DNA of 64,000 nucleotides from positions 54,746,001 to 54,810,000 of the forward strand of contig OX597814.1 of assembly GCA_951406725.2 (NCBI GenBank). The letters are read 5' to 3'. The notes beneath the pieces are model-generated. The model had not been told where the DNA came from, ran no database searches, and worked only from the letters and a program-made list of their open reading frames with translations. A program made the translations under genes and the position numbers. Shown one piece after another: positions 53,197 to 64,000 of this stretch. This DNA comes from Octopus vulgaris (taxonomy: Eukaryota). Each line of letters starts with the position of its first letter. The first letter of the stretch is position 1.

Positions 53197-56100
53197 ACAG
53201 AGTTGAATAACGTCAACACACATACTGGCAACAGCGTTCCTAGCAAGCAAGTGGGAAATGAAAGCAAAAAGAATGAACAAATATCTACTGCCACCACCGC
53301 TGCTACCACCACTGTCTCCACTACTGCCATACCCACCACGACCACCAATACCAACACGAACAGACAAAGTAACTTTGCTTCAGTTTTGAGGCAAAGAAAA
53401 CGGGTTGTTTCATTTCCACCACCAACATCAACAACTATAGAAGCAGCAAACGGAGAAGAGAAAAACAAAAGGACTCAAAACTCCTACACCACATCGCAAC
53501 TGTCACTAACCAGCACCAACACCAACAACAGAATCAACTTTAACACACTCAGAGACACCCTCCAACTTTAACTTTCTGATTCTTCCGACATGTCGTCAGA
53601 TGAAGGCGACATGGAGGAATGGCAAGTGGCCATAGGGGGGAGGGAGGAGAAAAGGGGAAAAAGAATAGAGAAGCAAACAAGCAAAGCAGGGAGATTTGTC
53701 ACTTCCGAAACCAAAACACCCGCACGAAACAAAAACCTAAACACAAACACAGAAACACACAATGAATTCACAATGTTGACAGCAATAAACACAAACAATT
53801 CAGACTTGATGCCATACATTAGATCAAACACTAACATAACACAAGACAATGTCGAAACAAACAATCACCTACGCACAACACCACCACAACACATAAAAAT
53901 CCTACACGTGACACAAAACACACACAATACACTGAAATCTCTCTATCCTAATGCAGTAGGGAGATTTCAAAAATACTTATCAAAAAAAAAAAAAAACGAT
54001 TGTACAAAAACCTCCTGATAGAAACTAGTGAGGAGGAGAACAACAAACTTTCGAAGAATAAGTGACTCTCTCTCTCTCTCTCTTTCATTCTTTTCCTTTT
54101 CCTTTTCCTTTCGTGTGTAAAACACAACTTTCGATAGGAACATGCTTAGAATAGGCTGTATAAATGTGTGTGGCTTGGGGTCGCCTTGGAAACAAGGCTC
54201 CCAGCTAAATGACATCAAGTCACAGAATGTAGATATCATAACCATCAGTGAGACCAGACTCCACAACCCGTGGGCCTTAAAGCACATGTTCGGCGGACAA
54301 TTCGACATTTATTTTTCTCCGTGTTTGCTGAGAATGGGCGGAAGTGGTACCACGGTGCTTTTTCGGAAGAGTCTGGATCTCAAAGTAAGAGCAACATTCC
54401 TAGCCCCGGAGGGTAGGCTGGTCGTCTGGATGTCGATGGCAGAAATGGGTGTGCTTTTCGACTGATAACAGTTTATGTGCCGTCCTTAACAGGTCGGCCG
54501 GATTTCTTTCGACGTCTGGAAGTTTTCTGGGAATGTCTCGACCTTTACTTTTAGGGAGGAATTGGAAATCCGCCTTGGACACCAACTTGTCTACGTGGGT
54601 AGAGACAGGAATAGGAGGAGATGTAAATGCCTCAGACATTTCCAACTGTCTGACAGGTACCAACTCAACCACCCGAATGTGCCAATGTGGACACGGAGCA
54701 ACCGCATCAGGTCGTCCAGATCGTATTTAAATAGAGTACTCTGTTGGACAGTGGGTAGTGATAATGTAGGTTGTCCATAATTTCATATAGTCAGCTACAC
54801 AGATCACAAATTTGTGACTTATACGTTTGACGTAGATAAGAATCATAGGTAGGGTCCCAATTACTGGAAACTGAACGCGTCGTTCACGGTACGACAGGCT
54901 TACAGAGACTGCATCGGCACATTAGTTAAGAGGGCATACCACCAGTTATTGGTGGTATGCCCTAAAGAGAGCAATTAAAGCAGAATCGGTTAATTATAGT
55001 AAGGCTCTAGCGATAGATCGAAATAGAATAGATGGAAACCTAGTTAAGAAATTAGAAGAGGCACATAGAAGTGTCCATTTAACATCACGCGTTCGGTCCG
55101 TCAAGGCTGCTCCTCCTCGTTGCTTCTGTACGTATTGACTGCAGAAGCTAGCGATGCTGAGGGGCATCCCGCAAGAACTGGGATGCGGTAGGAGCGTGTC
55201 TGCGTATGCGGACGACGTCACCGTCATAGTATCGAACCACAGGCACATCAAGCTGGTCGGCGAGACACTAACAGAAAACGAAGCGGTAACGTGAGCGAAA
55301 ATTTACCCGGAAAAGTCAGTGGGCTGGCGGCTCGGCACCTGGAGAAACAAGCCCATGCAGTCCAACAGCGTCGCCATCGTGGGACACTGGACCGACGCAC
55401 TGGTTAAATTGTTCGGGGTCTGGTTTGGTCCGGACCTACAAATAGAGAAGAACTGGGGCGAGATAACGAGTAGAGTGGCCAGTCTCACCAAGCAATGGGC
55501 CGAGAGGAAGCTATCTATAAAAGGTCAGGCTGAGGTGGCGAATGCACACATCGCATCCGTCATTTACTACCGTCTGACCGTCGTGCCTTGTCACGACCCA
55601 ACCATCATAAAACTGGAGCGCATACTCTTCCGCTTTTTGTGGAAGGGAAGCGTTCCAGTGGTCAGGCAATCCATTTGCTGCCAACATCCGCTAAATAAAG
55701 GGCTGGGCACGACGTGGTTAATGATGCACAGACATGCGCTGAGACTGCGACATCTCCAGCGTTCCAGGCGACGGCGAACATGTGAGGTCGCCGTTTGTGA
55801 GACGCGCTTTCCCGCAGTTCCTCTTTTTGACCGAACTGCATTCGTGGATAAAACACAAACCGAGGCCAGGCAAATGGCACTGCGAGTGCCACCTTGCTCT
55901 CGAGCAACTCTGCCGTACGGGATCGTATGACTTCAAATCTACGGAGGCGTTCTATAGATGAGGTGCGACGACGTTTTTGGGGAGACCCTGGGCGTCGACG
56001 AGGAATATCAGGCCCGTCTCTTCAGGACCACTTTCAGGCCGTGACCTATGGACAATTTCCAGAGATCCTTGGCCTGGCAGTGCTATCGGGAAGCATTGCC

Positions 56101-56495
56101 TGTTTGGGATAAGCTCTACTGGCACGGTTCGAGAAACATCGGACCAATTTGCCCAAGATGCGATCAGAGCGACGAAACTGTTCTGCACGCACACGTGCAA
56201 TGTCCAAACATTTCAGACCTGTGGGCTTATGTCGAACGGCTGCTGTCACGTGTGGGACGACTTTGGTTATCGGCCGAATTTATCAGGAATATTGCCCCGC
56301 CACGTTCCTTTAGCCGGGAAGGCAAGGCAGTTTTCATTGGCTATGGTGAAAGAATGTGTGTGGTAGACTCGTGCAAAAGGTTTTGAGACAAACACTTTCC
56401 TCTCTGGCCAACCGCTCATCAACTTTTTCAAGTGCCACTTGAAAAGGAAGGTGAGAATAGAGAGGGAAGCTTTGTCTCATGAAAGTTTCAAAATG
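52830..56495 (+). mobile_element. Tx1/L1-clade LINE, decayed and internally deleted
   Basis: T/N-rich ORF1 remnants; APE MLRIGCINVCGL..DIITISETR; YADD at ~55205; zinc finger CPRC..ETVLH..C. Confidence 0.92.
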
Positions 56496-56531
56496 TTTAG
56501 CCCCTGCTAGCACGGAAAACGGACGTTAAAC

Positions 56532-56586
<55 letters not shown>

Positions 56587-56600
56587 TTGATGAAGATGAT
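56496..56600 (+). mobile_element. Retroelement 3' end with (GAT)n tail (RTE-like)
   Basis: GCTAGCACGGAAAACGGACGTTAAAC(GAT)n. Confidence 0.5.
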
Positions 56601-57045
56601 GATGATTATTATGATGAAGTCGACGACGATGATGATGTATATGTACATATATATATACCATGTTCTGTGGAAACTCACACACAGGCACACTGTAACGCTG
56701 TTGCAACATAACAAGGAGTTTTGAACATTCTCACCAAAACTCGATAGGTACTTTATTTATCGACAAAGAAAGAATTAAAAGTAAAGTTCACTTTGGAATT
56801 ACCAACACAAAGCACATTCAACCGCAAAGAATGTCGCCAGGCATTCTGACCGACGCTCTAAACATTCAGCTTATTCACCTTTCATACATGCATACATATA
56901 TATACATACATACATACGCACACATCACACACACATATATGTATGCATGTATATATATATTGTATATGTGTGAGTGCATGAGTGCGCGCGCGTACATATA
57001 TATATATATATATATACATTCACACACACATACACACACTCCCAT

Positions 57046-57078
<33 letters not shown>

Positions 57079-57454
57079 GATACATACATGCATACATAGG
57101 ACTTCCATCGTTCAAAGCTGATCATACATTTGCTCATTTATAAGCCGGCGGGGATAAAGTTATTTTGAAGAAGAAAGCATCGGCCAATGAATCCAAATCT
57201 CACCTCTTCACGTCCCAGATGTTTATCCAAGGAAAATCCCGCCGAAACGCATTAATATAGCCTAATGTCGTCTCAAGAGACAAAAAGCATCTTGTCGTGT
57301 CCTCTAACAGTCCAGCAGTCAATCCACCTGTACTTTTTATTTTTTTACCTATCCCGAAAATATGAAAGGTAAAGTTGACCTCGGCAAGATTTGAACTCAA
57401 ATCGCGGATAATCGGAACCAATGCATTGAGGTATTCTATCCAAAGCATTAACAG

Positions 57455-57498
<44 letters not shown>

Positions 57499-57507
57499 AC
57501 ATAAATA

Positions 57508-57562
<55 letters not shown>

Positions 57563-58083
57563 GTATATATATATATATATATACGTATGTATGGACACTA
57601 TTGGCAGTTAAATTAAGTTAAAAGACGATTTCTGCAACACATCATTTCGCAGATACATCACTGAATTTTATATTCCCAGCAGCATCTCAAGAAATGTTAA
57701 CTATTCTATTTACATGGCGGTGCCTCAGCATGCCCGCAGCCTCAAGAATAAAAGAATGAAAGAATTCTAATAAAAAAAGTACTGCGACAAACTCATACAT
57801 TTTCAAAATACAGTCACTTATGTACATACATGCATACGCAATATGCATACATAAAGGCAAACATGTGCTCAAATAACAAACATGTATACTATATATAGCC
57901 ATACAAATATGTATCGTTATCGATATATGCGATATTTTCTTCCAAACAAAATAAATTATAAAGTTACTTTAATTCATCTTCTGGTACTGGGTAACATCTA
58001 TCACTAAATGTCCTCTTATCTTTGATATTACTTTACAGTAACAACGCAGAATTGTATATAAATGTGTGCGCACACACACTTAT

Positions 58084-58127
<44 letters not shown>

Positions 58128-58310
58128 AATATATGTATGTATTTATACATATATTTAACTGTGCATTATGTATATATGTATATATGTATTGGCTTGCACA
58201 CACACACATACACACACATATATACGTATACATACACACATACATATGTATACATATATACGAACACGTGTATTGGTACGTGTTTTATATGTGGTGTCTG
58301 TTTGTGTGAT

Positions 58311-58344
<34 letters not shown>

Positions 58345-58568
58345 TGCGTGGCTGTAAATGCATATGCACTTGAATATATCATATGGCAAACAGGTGAATA
58401 TATATAGAAATAACAGTCAGACAGGAAAAAACATAAATGATAGATAGATATATATATATGCAAAAAAAAAAACATAAAATATATAGTCTAGCACATTATA
58501 GAAAATTTATAGATAGAAAATATTTGGATAAAAATAAACGCAGAAAGACTTCGATAAACAAATACATA

Positions 58569-58645
58569 CTGAGTGTCCATAAATTCCGTTTGAACTTTGA
58601 TACATCATCGTGCGGAAGTTGTGAAGATAATTTATGGACACCGTG
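58569..58645. mobile_element. Tiny Tc1/mariner MITE
   Basis: TA-flanked TIRs CTGAGTGTCCATAAATT / AATTTATGGACACCGTG. Confidence 0.6.
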
Positions 58646-59089
58646 TATAAAAAATGAAAGATATGTGTGCGTGTGTAACACACACATTTTTTAATGGATG
58701 GAGGACTGATACGCGAGATGCTTCACATGTAATTTGGATGAGCTTCTATAGCTAACTGTACACTATCCAGCAATCGATCAGGCTCAGTAACATGGCTAAT
58801 CCGTGTTGAGATGCGAAAAAAAAAAAAAAAAAAAAGAGGCAAAATTAGAAAAGAAAAAATTAATAAAGAGAAAATTGTTAAGAAAGCTGGAAAAGGGGAT
58901 ATGTTCGTCATGAAATCTAGGTTATTTCCCTTTAGCCCACTAAATGAAGAACATTTTTAATGTTGAGTTCTTAAACTGAAAAAAAAAAAAAAAAAGTCTA
59001 TGCAGTGGTTTTCGAATGGGAGAAAAGTTAAAGTGCGTTGAAATGTGTGTAATGTGACGAGGAAGTGTCTTTTAGTGCGACATTAGAAT

Positions 59090-59400
59090 CTTATCCGGAT
59101 GCATATATGTTGCAAAATCTTCCGACTTCGCGTTTAGAAGGTTGGTGCAATTTTGCGATCTAATGAGGTTGTGAATGCTTTCATTTATGCAGAACCTGCA
59201 CTTTTTGACCTGTTAATGTATGGTATGTGGATTACTGCTGTCATTAGGGTATGTCTATGTATGGCTTGCTAGTTTTGGGCTTTTCTTTTCGTCTGTGTGC
59301 TTAATAAAAGACTGGAGCTTGCATATGTTTTTTATGTGACATTCGCTCAGCCAACCCAATGTATTTTTACTTTCGGTTTCCTTATTTGATGGAACGGAGA
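59090..59400 (-). mobile_element. Penelope-like GIY-YIG remnant
   Basis: KYIGLAE..PYINRSK..CRFCINE..LLNAKSE in broken frames. Confidence 0.65.
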
Positions 59401-59699
59401 CGACTGACCTAAGAAGGTCTGTCTGGTCTAGTGGGAAAGTATCTGAGCTCCTACAATTGTAGTCTGGAGTGTGTACCTTAGGTTACGTGAAATGATGTGT
59501 TTCATAAGCATAATTATCTAACTTCAGTAATAATGTTAGCTATAATTAGCTAACATTAGTAATAGGATCTCCGTCACCTCTTCCTTTGAAGACAGTTTCG
59601 TTTAGGTAGGAAGCCCCTGCTATAATACTGCTTTGGCCGACTGTGGTTTTAAAGGAAAGGTATTATACAACCTGATCCAAACAAGAATCAGGCCTAAAA

Positions 59700-59860
59700 A
59701 TAGACCTAAAAAAAATTATGGTTTACTCCTCTTTCCTCTTTGAATGTGAGAACTAACACAAGTATAGACAAACATTTCACCCAGATCCATAGATACAATG
59801 ACATCTTCAGTAAATGTTCAGCGAAAGTTTCCTACAGCCACGGTTCCAATATGAACTCTA
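59700..59860 (+). mobile_element. Penelope-like RT thumb remnant
   Basis: WFTPLSSLNVRTN..IDKHFTQIHRYNDIFSKCSAKVSYS..SNM. Confidence 0.75.
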
Positions 59861-60495
59861 CATTCGAGGTGAGAAACTTTAAGAAGATGTATGCATCTCG
59901 ACAAGTTTTTGTTATCCCCTCCCCACCACCATTCATCAGATTAGACCCAGCATAAAGCACTTTAGCTTTTCCTCTATTTGACTACCCACGCTAGGTTTCG
60001 TTCTTTTTTTTTCTTAGATCTACTGAATAATTCCATGGGCGGAATTATTCCCCTTTCCCTTAAAAAATTTCATAACGCTTTTTCGTTTCCTATTCTCGCA
60101 ATTTTTTCTCGTTCGTTTTCCCGCATTTCCCCACGGAGTAACAATGACATCTGAGTCTGAACTTAATTTAAGTTTCGAAACGTACGTCCGTAGGTGACTT
60201 AAAATTGTATGATAGATTGCTGTCATTTCTTTCTCTCTTGCCTGTCTGTGTTTGCCTTTCAAGTGCTGTGGTTTTACTGAGATCTCCCTTTTAGTAGAAA
60301 GAATAGCTATAACTCTTTGACTGCTATTTCTAAATTCGGTGTGTGGTGAGGCAAATCGTTGCTAAACCCTTAATTACTTAGTATTACTTAAACTTTCCTC
60401 GAATGAGGCTTTTACATGCCGAAATCTACTTGGTGAAATTAATGATTATTCCAAATTAATTAATTTCACCCTATATTATTACTGATAACCATATA

Positions 60496-60561
<66 letters not shown>

Positions 60562-60719
60562 TCATAAGGGCACACAAAGGCGCCTACCTGCTAGAAAGAG
60601 GAGTTAAACCCATATTTAAACCACCAATAGCAATACTGAAAAATACCAAAGAAGAACAACAGTAGTCGGGCGAATAATAACAATAATAATATCTATATAA
60701 ATATTCACTCCTGAATATT

Positions 60720-61090
60720 TGCTCCTTGCCTGTCTCCTGTCCAAGATTGATTGTTCTTGCCTGTCTCCTGTCCAAACTTGATTTACGCGTTCACCACCAC
60801 AACCTCGTGTTTTCACTGTCCTGTTTATGTTACCAATTTTGTCCCTCCGCAAAATCCAAAATTTCATTTAATTTGCCTTGCGGGACCAACTGTTTTATTG
60901 AAACCGTATATGGTTGTTAAATGCTCGAAATAGGAGAGTAGAAAAACAGCCGACAACTGATGAATGTTCTTTATGTTGTTTGTCTTGTTTTCCATTTATG
61001 TCTTTCGTTGTTCGAAAAAATAGTTCATATTCCATGTACTCGTACTTCGTATTGTTTTGTTCTACACGTTTCATGACTTCCTGTGCCCAC
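60720..61090 (+). mobile_element. pLTR-like repeat (same family as 10403 and 20340)
   Basis: Homology to the reverse complement of 20340-20640. Confidence 0.7.
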
Positions 61091-61093
61091 ATA

Positions 61094-61167
<74 letters not shown>

Positions 61168-61243
61168 TCGCCATGTTGATTCGTTAGTTACTGCACGCAT
61201 TTTTTTTCTCTCCTTCTTTCTGTGTTTTTTTTCTCTCTGTGTA

Positions 61244-61281
61244 TCTTTCTGTTGAATAGCGTAGGCTCGAAACGTTAAAGA
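61244..61281 (+). ncRNA. Minimal hammerhead-like motif (CUGUUGA variant) in a pLTR-like cassette (~61166-61380)
   Basis: UCUUU-CUGUUGA-a-UAGC guag GCUC-GAAA-CG-UU-AAAGA. Confidence 0.7.
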
Positions 61282-61379
61282 CTTGTTTTATTTATATTTC
61301 CTGAGCGCCATACTAATACAATTGTTTGTTTGTTTTCCACCTGCCTTCGTCTTTTGTCTATTTTCATAAAGCTTCCCGT

Positions 61380-61411
<32 letters not shown>

Positions 61412-61413
61412 CA

Positions 61414-63040
61414 GACTAAGTAACTGACTTTAGCGTTAAGATTTTCCACAAACTTAGATGTTCATTTTTCAACATTTCCGGTATTGCCACAATTTCTAAG
61501 GATAGATTTAACTTCATCAAATACGAACCCATATATGGAGCATGCCATAACTTTGGAAATATAGTTTTTCAATGTTTTTAAAAGTAAATACAAGTATAAA
61601 AGTGAAAACAATAGTCATGATTTAATTATCTTCAGTAAATGATAAGCATTAAACTTGAGCAACTTTCACTATTTTCAACCTAACCAGCTTCAAATGTCAT
61701 GCTGTGGATAGAAATGTCCTTTATACAATTAAATGTTAAGAAACAATATATTTTGTGGTCCTTGACACCATACATGTCTCATATTTGCGGAATTTATCTG
61801 CAGATATGCGCACGCTCTGCTTAATTCAGTGTGACTATCATTGCAAACTAAATGAGACATGTTTTGTTGAATTTTTAAACCGTTTCTTATGAAAATTGGT
61901 ACTTTGAAAATGCTCTTAATGTTTTAATAGTGAGGTCATATGGATCAAGGTCACCTTTCGTCAAGCATGGTCAAAGAATTGTAAAAAGAACTTCATGGTA
62001 TGTATGCTCTTTAAGGAACTTTGTCATCACAAATCTGCATTTGCTTACTTTATAACTGTTCTGAAAAAGCTTTTCCCAGGTGACAACTGTCTTGAATATG
62101 TTTTGTGTTTCAGGAATATAGCCAGTTGTGAGAGAAGAGAATGTAAAAACAGCCCCGATGTCTTCTTTAGGCAGTGAAATAAAATCACAGATTTTATGAA
62201 GGAAGCTTACCTTACTTCCTTACTTATTTTAGCATGAAACTGTGTGACAATATAAAGCCTGGGCGCCCCATATAGTGTGCAGAACGTGTGTTAAAACATT
62301 GAAGCAGTGACTGCTTCAGATGCTTAAGCAGAAAGTTTCCAGTTTTGTCTTGTAAGAAAATTAAGGTTGGTGTGTTTGATAGGTGACTATTTAAGGAAGA
62401 GCTATTTTTGGAGACCATGGTGGCATTGGAAAAGAATCACAGGATGCTTTTGCTTCAGTTGTATCTGATTTCCTGGGAAACAGGAAGTCATCAAATTATG
62501 AAGATCTTGTACAGATCCTTTTAAGCAGTTTTCGAGCACTGGGCTGCAACATGAGTGTAAATGTGCATTTCCTGTACAGTCATCTGGACTATTTCCTTCA
62601 AAATCATGAAGCAATAAGTGATGAGCAAGGAGAAAGATTCAACCAAGACATCGAGAACATGGAGACTAGGTACCAATGTGATGCTGTCTACTGCAGGTCA
62701 CCGTAAAGAGACTGTAATGATGCAATTTATTCACATAAAGCAGCAAAGAGAATGTTCATTTGACAGAAATATCTATTCTAAGATGTCTAATTAAACATTT
62801 CTATAATGTATTTGGTAAACAATAGAAAGTACTATTTGGTTTGTGTTAGTTTCTTGTTTCAGTATTGCATTTAATGATAAAATTGACATTTTTGGTAAAA
62901 AAATGAATTCCTGTTTAACTAAAGACTTGAGATGATAGAAAATTTCTGAGGGCATTTCTGAACCCAACACCATCAAATTAGGTAGGATTAATTGTAAAAA
63001 GCAAGACAACTAAAATTTTTTTCAAAAATGTTACTCAGTG
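61414..63040 (+). mobile_element. Chapaev3-like (CMC) DNA transposon, internally deleted
   Basis: CKNSPDVF..AWAPHIVCRTC and FLGNRKSSNY..LGCNMSVNVHFLYSHLDYF..SDEQGERFNQDI; ends GACTAAGTAAC / GTTACTCAGTG. Confidence 0.75.
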
Positions 63041-63501
63041 TGATCTATGTATTTTATAAATATTGATGATTGTCTCAAATCATGGAAATATTAAATAGCC
63101 TCCTACCTCCTGTACAATTGACAACTCAGCAACAGAATATGAAAGCTACAATTACAGAGTAGTCACGTATATAAAGGAAATATGAGACTGAGGTCATCAA
63201 ACATGACCGCGTAGAGAGAGGTATTTGAAGTCTGTGAAGATTTACTGATACAGTACGTATTGAGACATGTGAAGAGATACTGATACACGAATGGATAGAG
63301 CTACGTGAAGATATGTAATGTCGATAAATGACGCTGACAACAATTGTGAAATGATTTTATCTTTACGGTTTGATACGTCTCCACATGTTTAATTTCTTGA
63401 AAGCTCGTTTGACACATTGAAGGAATTAGAAGCCATTGCATACACTAACGAATTTCTATCTTAATTGGGTTCAAAATTCTTAACCGAAATCCTCCTCTCT
63501 T

Positions 63502-63533
<32 letters not shown>

Positions 63534-63614
63534 TGTATGTATGTATGTATGTATGTATGTATGTATGTATGTATGTATGTATGTATGTGTGCGTATCTTT
63601 TATTCACATATATC

Positions 63615-63701
<87 letters not shown>

Positions 63702-64000
63702 GTGTGTTTGTCTGCCTATCTCTCTGTATGTTTGTCTGCCTATCTGTCAGTGTAGTTGTCTTTCTATTTATTTATTCATCCATATATAGATGGAAATCGA
63801 TAGATAGATAGATAGGCAGGTAGATAAATACTGAGAGAGAGAGAGGAGAGAGGAAGAGGTAGGTAGATAGATAAATATTAAGAAGGAGAGAAAGAGGTAT
63901 GTAGATAGAAGGTAAGTAATTATGCAGATAGATAGATAGATAAAGTGAGAGAGAGAAAGAGAGAGAAACAGATACATACATACATACATACATACATACA

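Noticed and set aside
53203-54018. Mucin-like T/N-rich host protein
   Set aside because: Lies between a LINE 5' end and the APE domain; best explained as decayed ORF1.
57200-57448. Minus ORF with a strong donor AG|GTGAGA
   Set aside because: The upstream half is a SINE family B remnant, and there is no credible acceptor or homology.
60145-60190. CTGAGTC-hairpin-GAAACGTAC hammerhead-like motif
   Set aside because: Core is too degenerate and stem I is ambiguous.

Overview
AT-rich, microsatellite-saturated eukaryotic DNA. The repeat content (tRNA-derived SINEs, Tx1/L1-like, R4/Dong and Penelope-like retroelements, mariner, Chapaev, Helitron) is consistent with an octopus/coleoid cephalopod genome; this assignment is an inference. 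Nearly all ORFs in the supplied track are microsatellite artefacts. The only plausible host coding sequence is a minus-strand first exon encoding a signal peptide (17087-16935); everything else is decayed transposable elements. The main signal is a dense, diverse set of type I hammerhead ribozyme (HHR) motifs, about ten clear and several degenerate, found by eye. They sit in short non-coding elements of four architectures: (i) TATA-HHR-AATAAA pseudo-LTR cassettes, (ii) palindromes carrying two divergent HHRs, (iii) a ~338-nt partly tandem retrozyme-like unit, and (iv) a tRNA-Ile-headed SINE carrying an HHR. Four Penelope RT/GIY-YIG remnants in the same window are the likely autonomous partners. 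Ribozyme activity and novelty cannot be established from sequence alone.
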